Both the position numbers and the translations under genes were made by a program. From NCBI GenBank assembly GCA_022813965.1, contig JALDZS010000033.1:124001-158268 (forward strand): a stretch of 34,268 nt of DNA, written 5' to 3'. Shown piece after piece: positions 22,037 through 34,268 of this stretch (position 1 is the stretch's first letter; each line of letters begins with the position of its first letter). The DNA is from Toensbergia leucococca (Eukaryota). Below the pieces are notes generated by a model. That model worked only from the letters and a program-made list of their open reading frames with translations. It was not told the DNA's origin and searched no databases.

Positions 22037-24054
22037 TTATACCCCCATCTCATAAGCCAAACAGCCCATCCCCTCCAAAACCTTCCAAATCTGCGCGCTT
22101 TCCGGCTTCCCCAACGAATCCATCTCTCGACTCAGCGTGCCCTTGTTCATCGCCCACCGTACCACAGAACGCTGCTGGGCCTCGCTCATGACGCCATTGG
22201 CGCCGGCGGCGTAAGCAATTATTTTTCGCCACACGTCTTGGGGTAAGCCACAGGGGAGGTTGGAGCGGTAAGGTCTGGCTGGCGGATTAGGCGGAGTGTG
22301 GATGACGGGAGTAGAGCTGCTTGGGGGGGTGAGTTTGGGTGCTGGGTGGGGCACGCGGATGACGGTGCCTTTCCAGTTTTCGGTGATACGTGGTATGAGT
22401 GGCAGGTTGGGATTTCCGGGTGCGAGAGGGGCTGAAAGAGACGATTGTCGGGGTTTGGGTTGGTGGGTCTGGTTTTGGCTGGTGGGTAATGTATATTGGC
22501 CGCAAGGTGGTATCTTGTCGTCTTTTGTTACTACTGGGCGGATGCATCGGCCTGAAGACAGCATTTTCATTGCAGCCCGCCATAGATCGTTGCTTCGAGG
22601 TCCACCATCCCGCAGTATGTTTCCTTGTATTCGACTCCTTGCTCGATCCAAATCAGTCCCAGTACCATGCCATCCTTGCTCGCCACTCGCAGTCGATGTT
22701 CCGCTACGTCGTCGATTATTAGCTGCGGGTATTATGTAAGCCTCGGAAGCTCTTCGAAATGCAATAGCTGGTTTGCTGGGTGTGCGGAATTCTCCAGAAA
22801 GTTCTTCTTCTGGTGGCTCCTCCAGTGAACCAGCTCGTGCCAATTCAGACAATTCAAGAACCTTTAAACCTGCGCTGCCAAGGTGCAAGTTTGGCAGGTA
22901 TACTATCCCAGTACAACCAGACGTGCTATCGTAAGCTGATAGAACCTGTGCTGGGAGCCCAGCCTTTGCTTGAGGGACGTAAGTAAGAAGCTTTTCTGGA
23001 ACGTTGTGGCAAGCTACTATGTAGGAGAGGTGCAGTGCACCTGCTTCCGTCATAGCAGTATCAGAGAGAATGAGGTAAGGAACAGAGCGAAGACCCCGTA
23101 CGGTAGCATACATATGGAAAAGATTAGGTTGCACCGTAGCTTGGCTTGCTTTTTCAGGAGACTTGGTTTCTAGTATTTGCCAAGGTCAGCCAGCTATTTG
23201 GAAACAACGCAGCAGACAAACCATATCGAGAGCCTTTTATCCCATGAACATTTGCACCAGAAACGCTGTCGACGTCGCTGACGTATCCATCAGAATCCGA
23301 TAAGACGCTCAGCTTTCGAGCTCTCTGTACGGTCACATTGAGGTCCGTACCTGCGAGTTTCAGGTGTCGAATGGAGTGATCCAGGTCTTGGTCAACATCC
23401 CCACCATAGAAGAGATCGACCGGATCCTCTTTTCCATATACTCGTGTCAAAATTTCGAATGCTCTTGCACCCAGGGCATTGCCACTGAAGTCAATCCTAC
23501 GCAGGACGCAACAGCCCGAGAAGGAAACGAGAAATTCCTCCCAAGCCGCTGTATCATCATCGGTAGTGATAGCAATGAGGTTGTCCGAGAGATCGAGATC
23601 TCTGAGGTCGTGTGCTGCCAAGCTGACAATTTGTCCGAGGGCTTTTAAGGACTTTGCTGTGAGTAAATTGCCCCTCAGACAGAGCTCTTCCAGTCGGACA
23701 ACTTTGCCATGTCCACCCTCGAATTCAATCGACGTTGTTAATGCAGAGGCTGCCTCGAGGAAGCCATCATCTGTCAACTCTCTCCCCGCTATATCCAGCT
23801 CCACAATAGGGTCTCGTAGAGCGGCTTTGAAGCCAGTACTAGGAGGAATACGCTTCAACTTGGATGCAGTGAGCTCTTGCCAGGTCTGACACGATGTGGA
23901 GTTTGAAAACCTACCAAGTCTTTGGCCACCACTTGACCGAGCTTGAGGCCTTCCGACTTCCTCTAAAGCCGTATCAGTCTCCTGTTTCGGTGATACCTAC
24001 ATGGCTATGAGCTGTGAACAGGAGACTTGCATTTGTGTAGTTCAGCCTCCCCAT
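22037..24054 (-). CDS. Uncharacterised fungal leucine-rich-repeat (RNI-like) protein, about 613 aa, 4 exons; first intron is GC-AG
   Basis: LRR units LEELCLRGNLLT, LRDLDLSDNLI and LRRIDFSGNALG. Start CAAAATGG at 24054 (MGRLNYTN|RKSEGLKLGQVVAKDL|LKRIPP). Introns 24030-23963 (GCAAGT..ACTGAT..TAG), 23914-23859 (AAG acceptor) and 23221-23170. Confidence 0.85.
23976..24027 (-). other. Perfect 11-bp inverted repeat (AGTCTCCTGTT / AACAGGAGACT, 30-nt loop) within the GC-AG intron of the LRR gene
   Basis: Arms at 23976-23986 and 24017-24027 are exact reverse complements. Confidence 0.9.
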
Positions 24055-25449
24055 TTTGAAGGCTTTGGTAGATATCTTTGCACTTAAAAATGTGCTACCG
24101 GCTGTGAGATTTCCGAAAGGTCGGCGAGCTTATAATTCACTTCAGCAGTTCTTGAGATGATGTCTCATAAGGACAGGTTTTCGATCGTGGGAATAAGGTT
24201 CGACATTCCAACTGTCAACAAAGGGTAGGGTAGCTGCTTTGTGGCTAATACAGGAACTTGTAGACAGAAATGTTTTGTTTGACACAATTTCTGTACGGGC
24301 GGGGATATAAACCTGTAGAGAAATGTGTCGAGGTCTCTAGAATATATTACCGAACAAGCTATATCATTCATGGCCACAGATGAAGTAATACTTCAAGAGC
24401 TGCACTTTAGTTGTGCTGTTGCAGTCAAAGAAAAAATATCAACACGTTCGGAAAGCCCGTGCAAATACAATCCAGAATGACGACCAAAGAAGGCCTTGAA
24501 TAGATCCTGCCTGTCAGACAGGATCGAAAGGCGATGCAGGAGATAGGAAAAGCTTCAAGAATGGACTGAAGATCCTCATAAGAAAGATATCTCTAGCAGA
24601 AGAGCCTGGGTCACCTTCAAATTGTCCAGGAGGTCTCAGTCAGACAATATCTTACAAAGAAATCATAGATAGGCTTGGCGCCATTGTAACGTGTCGAAAT
24701 GTCTTAAATGGAACAAGTCGGCCATGTTGAGGTTTGAAGGGACTACGAAATGATGTTGTTCAAGAAGGCTTTGCGCTAACAGCCCAGGCTTTACTATGTC
24801 TGAATTAAACATGGCGCTGCTTTAATTTCTGAGCTTTCTCCCTCTGCTCTGTTTAGATGGTCACAATACTATTCCCATCGCATTTCTAAATCTCCATGTT
24901 CAATCGAGACTCTCAAGATTGTCAAAGATCAGGTCACTCTGATCTCGCTTGTGCATGAACGCTCTTGCCCATTGCTAATCTGCTGTACGGTATCTGTATC
25001 TCTAAACTACACATCCTTTAACATGATAGAACCCTTTACGTGAAGAAGGAGAGTTCACATACTTTTAAGTTTTGATGGATTTCTTTCCGGGATCAACGAC
25101 TGGAGCATGCGGTCTGATTTGACCTTCATCAAGGTGCGTATATTTGGAATTTTAGAACTCGACTTTTGAATTCTTCCTCCTCCCAATGTCTTTCCAAAAT
25201 TTGCCATCCCTGTGAACGCGATCGAGGAGAAGCATCGCGAACAACACATTTTTGTGAGAAAAAATGTAAATGCGCCAAGGGTTTATCGGATTCTAGGAAA
25301 TGTCAGCAGAAGCGAATGCATGGCTTCCGAGTATAATATTCCATCAACTCCGCAGTAATGTAAGAATAGTAACACACCAATACCTAATGATACACTGATA
25401 CTACGCCACCCCGAAGAAGTATACATTCACTTAGCCTATCCTAGCCATA

Positions 25450-26259
<810 letters not shown>

Positions 26260-26759
26260 TTAAATAACGATAGAATAGGAGACAAACGTACAAGACGTTT
26301 CGTTGGGGCGCCTGGCGAAGAATTTTAGTATTTCAAGATTGCGGGATGACGATTGCCTGGCGAAATGGTTTGCAGGGGTTTCGCAGACTGCGGCTAAAAG
26401 GCTTGTTTCACCCGAGGACGGGAGATGAGCAGACTTAACCAAATCGCGCCAATCAACAGTCACCAAATCATCATCCAGTCCTCTCTGAATTGCCATCCTT
26501 TGTCAGATTTCTACCTAAAACCTTACAGCAACACATACACAGCTACCTGTGCATAAAAAGGAAGCGCTGACATGATAAGGATAAGTCTAGAGTCCAAAGA
26601 CCTGACCTATTAGGAGAAATTTGGGATCAAGATCGGATGTGTCGATGGAATGGACGTGGTCAGAGGCCAAAGTACGAGCCCTTTGCTAGAATCCCCTTCC
26701 GACTCCGAAAGGATACTGCAAGAACTTCAAACATGCACTTAGACTTCTCCTGTATCTGC

Positions 26760-28467
26760 TCATTGTCCTGGTGAAATAAGCATTCCCTGCTTCTGTGCAT
26801 CATGTGCCCATCCCCCAGCCCTAGCCTCCCCTCCATTCTTCTCTGCATAGCCCTTGACTCGCTGTTCCAGCTCCGGTCGGAAATGCCTGATCAGCCCTTG
26901 GAGTGGCCATGCGAAGGCTTCACCTAAAGCTATACCCAATGTCAGTGCTCTGGCTGAATGGTATAGAATAATGGCAAAAGCAATGAAACCCACCACAAAT
27001 GGTATGACCCTCGACTTGCTTTGTCAGCTCCTGCAACATGTCGATTTCTCGCTCACGAGCCTGTCCCCGCTCAAAGCGCTGCATAATCTGTTCGGTCCAT
27101 TTACTACCCTCGCGGCAAGGCGTGCATTGGCCGCAACTTTCATGTTTGTAAAACGAGGCTAATCGGGAGATGGCACGCACGACATCTGTGCTCTTGTCCA
27201 TGACTATCACTGCAGCGGTACCCAAGCCTGATTGGCTGTCTTTGAGAGCGTCAAAGTCCATTAGTTGGGTGTCACAAATTGTTCTGGGAAGAATGGGCGT
27301 GGAGGAGCCTCCTGGGATGATAGCCTTGAGATTATCCCAGCCGCCTCGAACGCCACCACAGTGCTTCTCAATGAGCTCCTTGAGAGGAATACTCATCTCT
27401 TCCTCAACGGTGCAGGGATTATTGACGTGGCCAGAGATACAGAAGAGTTTAGTGCCAGCATTTCGTTCTCGACCGAATGAATTGAACCAATTGGCCCCTC
27501 GCCGAACGATAGTCGGAGCAACAGCAATGGTTTCCACATTAGCAACGGTGGAGGGGCATCCAAAAAGACCGACTGAAGCAGGGAAAGGTGGCTTTAGGCG
27601 AGGTTTACCAGGTTTGCCCTCCAGAGATTCGATGAGCGATGTTTCTTCTCCGCATACGTAGGCGCCCATGCCTCGGTGAATATACACATCAAAGTCGTAA
27701 CCGCTTCCACAAGCGTTCTTCCCAATCAGCCCTTCTTTGTAGGCTTCTTGAATGGCTCGCTGTAAAACTGTTGCTTCATGATAAAATTCGCCACGAATAT
27801 AGATGTAGGCGGCGCTACAATTCATGGCTCGACCAGCGACCAGACATCCTTCAATAAGCTTGTGTGGATCCTTTCGCATAATCTCTCGGTCTTTGCATGT
27901 TCCTGGCTCGCCCTCGTCGGCATTTACTACCAGATATCGTGGTTTTGTGTCTTTGTCCCAATCTTTGAAATTCATGAAAGACTAACTACATCAGCACAAG
28001 CTGAGAAGTGAGGGAATTGTATTCCAACGTACCCATTTCATCCCAGAAGGGAATCCAGCGCCACCGCGACCCCGCAAGCCAGAGGCCTTGATTTCTGAGA
28101 TGATCTACCGAGTCGGAATCAATATCGATGTCTTCTGCTGAAATGGCGGGTGACAAACCCAGTCATGGCCTTTCAATATGATTTCCTTGGTCTTATACCA
28201 ATCGCCATACTTCATGGCACTTTTCAGATCGGCTCCATGGTGACCATAAAGGTTCTGGAAGATCCTATCCTGGTCTTTCAGTCCACCGAAATGGGTTCTT
28301 TTCGGCGGTTGAGGGGGCGCATCTTGGACTGTGGCTAGTCCTCGGCTTTGCTGCCGTGGTTGGGTTGATGGAACTGTGGGTATTCGAGGTGCAACGCAGG
28401 GTATAGGGATAAGATGACGAGGGAGAGCATTGAAAGACTGAGGTGATGGAGAGTGCCGTGAGATCAT
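26760..28467 (-). CDS. NUO51: NADH:ubiquinone oxidoreductase (complex I) 51 kDa FMN subunit, mitochondrial precursor, about 512 aa, 4 exons
   Basis: [73 protein letters not shown]; Arg/Ser/Pro-rich presequence. Introns 28158-28105, 28032-27982, 26993-26930. Confidence 0.97.
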
Positions 28468-28590
28468 GTTGTAGCTCGGTCCGGGTTAGAGAGATAAATG
28501 ACAGTTGCACACAAGATAATTGAGCATCAGTTAATGGAGGTTGCGGCGAAAAAGAAATCTAAGTCATCATCGACAGGATGCGGCGTTTCT

Positions 28591-28595
28591 ATTGG
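28591..28595 (-). promoter_or_regulatory. CCAAT box (CAGCCAATAG) about 125 bp upstream of the complex I gene
   Basis: Good flanking context for the Hap/CBC complex, which typically acts at respiratory and Fe-S genes. The motif is short. Confidence 0.35.
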
Positions 28596-30603
28596 CTGAG
28601 AGTCGCCGGAGATAAATAGCGTCTTCAAGGATTCATACGGATACCTGCCCACGCTGCCCCACTATTTGTTTCTCCATCTCCTCCTACAAGCACTCGTACA
28701 ATCTCCGGCACGCCTTCAATCCAACTCTTGATTAGGTTTCTAGTGATTGTAAAAGCAGTGCGTTCGTTTGAGAATATTTATCTGAATTTGGACTTTCTAG
28801 AAGTTCCCACATCTGTATCATGGCACGTGATGAGAAACACCAGATTCATGAGCATGTAAGTGGATACTTTGACAAAAGACGACCCTTTGTCTCTTGCCCT
28901 TTGGTCTTCTCTCCCGAAAGATCCTTCCCCTCTCTCGTTGTACGATTGTCAATCAATCATAGTCACCACAGTCAAGTCATTTACACGCATTTACAATAAA
29001 TATTTGTGTCAGACCTTGCTTCAACCTTTGCATTGCTTGTCCATTGGCTATTTCTTCTGATCTTTGAGAACTTACAGCATCATGCAAAATGGTTCGTCAT
29101 GAACACCTACCAAGTTTGAGTTATCTTTCGTTCAACTTCGTCCTGCACAAACATGCCTGGTACTTTGGTTTTCATATCTGCACCACTACCAAACAGCCGC
29201 ATTTTCAACAGGATTCAAAGTACATTAGGATTCTCTAAATTGGAATTTTTGAGTGATTGTCCGGATCTAAGCCGAACTTCTATCAGAATCAAAAGAAGAT
29301 ATAACGGAAGAGTAGCATTCTCTCTTGATGAATCTATCATAGTAGGAATGCCAGAGAGGGTTTTGTGGTGATATCAAGATCCTCTCTTACTGCTGATGAA
29401 GACACATTTCCTTTGTAGGATGTTGTTTTCATTTCATTATTGAGCCCTGGAAAAAGCAAGGTGGTACAAGAAAGGTACGATATTAGGCACGATATCTTAT
29501 TGCTCACCTTGATTCACATACCAATATACCAATAGTTTTTCTTCGCTCACGCGAGCATCCTCTGCTTTATAAGTCCCTGAAGAGATTCAAACTGCCCTTA
29601 AATGCATGATTCTTTCTTGAAGGAAAGAAACACAGACCTTATTGATTTAATTGAACGGTTTTACTACTTCAGCCTTGCAAGTCAAAGAAGGCAACAAGTC
29701 AAAGTTGCTTGCCGACCGTCCTTCCATACCTTACATGACCCTGCCTTCCAGCAGGCTTTTTTGTTTCGATAGATATGTTGATCACTGTCAGTATGTCCAG
29801 TAGATGGCCCCTTCGTCATGTCATACAGCATGTCCTACCCAAGAGCTGTAGACTTTCACACACCTATCACTTTGACTTTTAGAAACTTACTATATAAGCC
29901 TGTTTAAAATAGCTAGCTCTCGATCCTGGAAGAAAAATTGGTTGGCCTGCCATGACGGTAGTAGCGACAGTATGGGAGATCAAGCCATGAGAAGCCAGGC
30001 GATATCCAAGCCGCGGGTTGTCCCCTTGCGAATGCTAAAAACCACTGTGCCACGATACCAGATTATGCAATACCTATTTTGGCCCAAAAGGAGTTAGTAT
30101 TCTGGTAGTCGATGAGATTGTGATTCAATTTGTCGACTTTAGAAGCCAGTCAACGTGCACAGGAAGCTGGCGTGAGTGGATGGGCGCATTGGCGAGGAGG
30201 CGAGATCGCAGCTCGTAGCTCGCAGGTGTGGGGGCCTTCCCGACGCTACCACTCCTACCGAGATGGCGTGCAGGAGCGTGCCTGACATCTCCAACCCGAT
30301 TTGCCTGTTCTCACCTTGTACAACCTCCCCAACATCCCTTCCCGGCCAAAAAGAGCTCCACTAACGCCAAGTTGCATACAGCAGTTACTCAATCATGACG
30401 CATTTCACTCCCATGGTGGGGCTTGAGAGGGAAGGTCAGCCTGAGCTCTGTGTAAAGAGTACAAGAAGATGGCACCTGGTGCTTCGTACGAAATCTTGAG
30501 ACATTCATTGGTAGCTGTGCGTCTTTCGATACTTTGCTCACCAAAGCTCCCCTAGAGCTTCATACCCATTCCTTTGCTTTGGCATTCCATTCCCACTTAC
30601 AGT

Positions 30604-32506
30604 ATGATGTTGCGTAGCTTCGTTGTCGGCCTGGCTGTTGCTGGCCTTTGTCAAGCTGCCTATCTAGACAAGAAGCAAGCTAGCACGAGCACTCAAGTCC
30701 CTCAGTATTTTCAGACAAGTCCCGAAATTTATGCTGGTAATTGCAGCCTTCCGTTTGCCGTCAAGTCAATGCTAACCTATGCCAAGGTCCAACTGCGACT
30801 GGAAGTGCTCCATTTCTAGCTGAGAGCAATCCTGCGCCTTTTGGCCCTTCAGCGACTTTCGTAGCAAACTCGCCATTGGAAACCAACTTACCCATTTCCG
30901 GCGACACTTCAAATGCGAGCATATTCATGCTCATGGGCAATCTGAGTCCATACTTTCCGAATCCGAGGTTGGTTGCTCTATGAAACCATCATGTCCCTGT
31001 CACTGAATTCAGTAGTGGCTTCGGAGTCCAAGAATACCCACTCCCATTTGGTGCAGAAATAGCTCAACTCCAGATGCTCCATCGTCACGGAAGTCGTTAT
31101 CCTACTACCGGCGCTGGTGTGGAGAAGTTTGGATCATTCATAACCAATGCAACTAAAGCCGGCACAAATTTTACTGGCGCCCTGTCATTTTTGAATTCCT
31201 GGTCCTACAAACTGGGTGCCGAGATTCTTGTCCCTGTCGGACGACGAGAGTATTTTTCTCTTTGGGAGGAGAAGAAATCATGGCTGATTGTCACTGCAGA
31301 CTTTTCGACTCTGGAGTCTTGCACTACTACCAATACGGGGCCCTTTACAACACAAGCTCTAAAATTATTGCTCGTACTACTACTGAAGATCGTATGTTGA
31401 AGAGTGCAGAATATTTTATGGCTGGATTTTTCGGGCTGGAATGGACTAATAATGCAACCTTGGAGGTTATTATTGAAGGTTACGGCATCGACAACAACAG
31501 TTTGGCTGGCTATGACAACTGCAACAACTCAAATTTGCCCGTTAGCACGGGTGGAGCGAATGCCAGTGCTATCTGGGAGAACATCTACTTGCAAAACGCG
31601 ACCCAGCGGCTAAAGCTATTGTCAGGAAACTTCAATTGGACTATCGCAGACTCTTACAAGTACGTTAAAACAGCAAATTAAGCTTGGACTGCATAGAGCC
31701 TCCACGTGCTGATATGGTTGCTACAGTGCTCAAACGCTATGTCCCTACGAGACTGTTGCTTTTGGATATTCTGCATTCTGCGACTTGTTCACCTATCAAG
31801 AATGGCAGGGGTTTGAATATTCCCTTGATATTTCCTTTGCGGGAGGTGACTCCTTTCAATCCCCGACCGGAAGAGCAGTAGGTATTGGCTATGTTCAGGA
31901 GGTCCTCGCACGTTTACAGAACCATGTCATCACAACGGCCAATACGCAAGATAACATTACACTTGACAACAACACGCAGACGTTCCCACTAAACCAGACA
32001 CTGTATTTTGATTTCTCTCATGACACTAACATTGCCTCCATTCTGACAGCTTTTGGTCTCGTTCAATTCGCTCAATTCCTCCCAACTACCGGACCCCCAG
32101 CCAACCAACAGTTGATTGTCTCTCACCTCGAGCCATTCGGAGCCCGCCTAGATATCGAGGTAATCAAGGCGCCACAGCCAGTCGCTGCAAACCGCACTAG
32201 TGCAGCCAACGCTTATGTTCCAGGCCCGCCGACAAATTATATACATTTCATCATCAATCAGGTCAGTATTGCCAGACTCACTTGCTCTACTAACTTGGCA
32301 CGCTAAATTTACTACAGAGAACCCTTCCCCTGGGCGTCAGCTTCGCTGCTTGCGGCAATAGAACCGACGGATGGTGCGAGTTGAACACGTTCTTGCAAGT
32401 CCAGTCTGGTTCCCTTGCGGCGGCACAGTACAATTACAGCTGTAACGGAAACTACCCTGCTGTCCCGTATGGATCGCTATCCAATGGTGTACCGCAGCCA
32501 ATGTAA
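30604..32506 (+). CDS. Secreted histidine acid phosphatase / 3-phytase family protein, about 543 aa, 6 exons
   Basis: Signal peptide MMLRSFVVGLAVAGLCQA; catalytic RHGSRYP and FSHD motifs; many N-glycosylation sequons; C-terminal DGWCE. Introns 30737-30786, 30968-31015, 31250-31299, 31660-31726, 32262-32317. Confidence 0.94.
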
Positions 32507-32929
32507 ATATAATCTATAGACATGTATATGGAAAGAGTAAGAGTCATGGTTGGACTTGAAGCATCTAAAAAGTTTTCGAAGGAACCAAATGTATGGGCAT
32601 GTAGTATAGGGTACCATCAGAGAAAATGATATTCGGTCAACCATCCATTAAAATTGAATACTGAGCTTTGTTGAACCGATACTGATTAATACCTTCTTAT
32701 CCTCGCCTCCATTTTGCTATCCATCCTTGTTCTCACGAACCTCTCCTTTGTATGAAAAGGTTCTACGAACTCGACCATGCTGCAACGCAATGCTGTTGAT
32801 TGAACAGGACGACATTGACTGCGCTTCTGGCTTTTTTTTGGGTGTGCTGGTTTACATATACGGGCATGAGGGTTTTGAAATAGGTTCTGTAAGGATGTGT
32901 AATTTGTGTGTGTGTGAGAAGCGACACTC

Positions 32930-33615
32930 TTACTCTTTTGCTTCAGGGGGGACTTTATTTTGATCCTTTTCAAGATAATGTATCTACGGAGTTTGGGCAT
33001 TTCGCTTTTTTTTTTATTTTTGCTCTGCTTTTGCTTTTTCAGGGCGGGAGGAGAAAGGAAGTCCTTCATGAATCTCTCCCCCCCGTTTCTTACCCTGCCC
33101 GCTCACCCTTTTTTGATTTCCCCTATTTTTTTTTCAATCCCCATAGAGTACCTTTTTCACAAGAACATCCCCATCCTACCATTTTAATTTGATGTTTTTT
33201 TTCGTTTTTGCATTCTTTTCCTTGGGGGTTTTTGGGGCGGGAGTTTGGGGTACCTTGTCATGTTCCTTTCTTTTTGTACTATTTCCGAAATGGGGTTTTA
33301 GTTTTCTTTTTTTTTGTGGGTGGGGGGGGGGGAAGGGGTTGAGATGGAGTGGGGTGTGGTGATTTACGGGGGGGGGGGGCTGGAGAGATGGGCGTTTGTT
33401 GGGTGAGATGTATAGAAGCTGGAAGGGGAGGTGTGTGTGTTGTATGCGAAAATCTTGCGCCGTGTGCCCCTTTCTCGGACAAGACTCTTGGATCCCCATA
33501 CTTTTTTTTTTCCTTTTGAGCTTTTTTTCCCTCGTGAGTTTACCTAGTTTTTACAGGGTTGATTTAGTATAGAAAGGGGGGTGGTCAAAAAGATCAAAGA
33601 AACAATTTTTTTGAG
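32930..33615. repeat. Low-complexity T/G/C homopolymer-rich tract
   Basis: Runs of roughly 10-11 T and 11-12 G; a C/T-rich part followed by a G/T-rich part. Confidence 0.8.
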
Positions 33616-33770
33616 GTGTAAGAGTAGGAACTTTTGGACTGTTGACTGTTTGTTATCGTTGTTGATTTGTGGAGGATTGCAAAACGAATTGATGTATATC
33701 ATATTCAGCTGTATCAGCAACTTCGGAGTTGATGGATAATTATCTTTTGTTGACTCCGAAATGCGCGCAG

Positions 33771-34268
33771 GTAGCTATTGGCGGCTGGGGCAACACTGCA
33801 GGCTTTGACATAGCAGCAGCAACGGATATTACTCGTAGACATCTTGCACAGAATACAAAGAAGATGGTGAACGCCACTGGCGCTGATGGTAAGACGAGAT
33901 AATGCACATCAAACCTTTGAAAATTCTAATTCTTGGGTAGGTGTTGACATCGATTGGGAATACCCGGGGTCAGTGACAATTGGACTCCAAATCTTGCTAG
34001 CCATTACCAAAGCGGCAGATACAGTACTGATGTATAAGCAGTGGGAATGGCGAGGACTACAAGCAGTTTCCAAACTAATTGAAAGCCTGGGAGATCGACG
34101 CCTACCCAATTCTGCTTTCCGAGATCCGGTCTGCCCTTGGTCCAGACAAGATTATCTCTGCTGCAGTCCCTGGCCTCCGAAGAGATATGCTGGCTTTCAC
34201 AAAAGACACGATACCAGCAATCAGCAGGTCTCTGGACTTCTTCAATATTATGACTTACGATTTGATGA
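33771..34268 (+). pseudogene. GH18 chitinase remnant, running off the right edge, with an in-frame stop and no recognisable 5' exons
   Basis: VAIGGWGNTAGF..TGAD|GVDIDWEYPG|GNGEDYKQFPN*LKAWEIDAYP..LGPDKIISAAVPG..LDFFNIMTYDLM. Introns 33889-33940 and 33969-34041; TAA at 34076-34078. Confidence 0.8.

Noticed and set aside
20411..22246. ORFs 20411-21061 (216 aa), 21608-22246 (212 aa) and other ORFs in the low-complexity tract
   Set aside because: Several start at non-ATG codons. The Pro/Gln/His or Gly/Arg bias follows from base skew that depletes stop codons, they overlap real gene ends, and they show no domain.
24100..25400. Possible hidden gene between the LRR gene and MDP1 (GCTAAC..CAG near 24775-24787)
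   Set aside because: Isolated signals, only short ORFs, nothing recognisable.
28850..30100. Scattered GTAAGT/GTGAGC donor-like hexamers in the 2 kb divergent region
   Set aside because: Could not be paired with branch sites and acceptors into a coherent reading frame.
32686..33499. Lys-, Phe- or Pro-rich ORFs on both strands
   Set aside because: Translations of homopolymer runs with no motif. I also found no convincing chitinase N-terminal exons here.

Overview
Eukaryotic, intron-rich genomic DNA from a filamentous ascomycete (Pezizomycotina-type). Most introns are 44-78 nt with CTRAY branch sites. I rebuilt the gene models by hand from splice signals and frame continuity. In order: a probable 3' fragment of a + strand gene (1-105); CDC4 F-box/WD40 (-); the meiotic HORMA protein HOP1 (+); a Ser/Pro-rich single-exon hypothetical protein (+); a UDP-galactose-type nucleotide-sugar transporter (+); the meiotic helicase MER3/HFM1 (+); an uncharacterised LRR protein (-); magnesium-dependent phosphatase MDP1 (-); the complex I 51 kDa subunit (-); a secreted histidine acid phosphatase/phytase (+); and a GH18 chitinase remnant (+) that the ORF track misses, carrying an in-frame TAA. 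I recognised no rRNA, tRNA, snRNA, CRISPR array or transposon. The best leads are: (i) a GC-AG intron whose 5' splice site and branch region are locked together by a perfect 11-bp stem, with an in-frame alternative GT donor in the loop; (ii) a coupled splice-choice arrangement in the MER3 5' region where one outcome gives an immediate stop; (iii) the disrupted chitinase; (iv) close linkage of two meiosis-specific genes, with a spliced orphan unit and a URS1-like motif upstream of HOP1; (v) repeated sharp C-rich to G-rich skew flips. I cannot demonstrate a wholly new multi-gene system from sequence alone.
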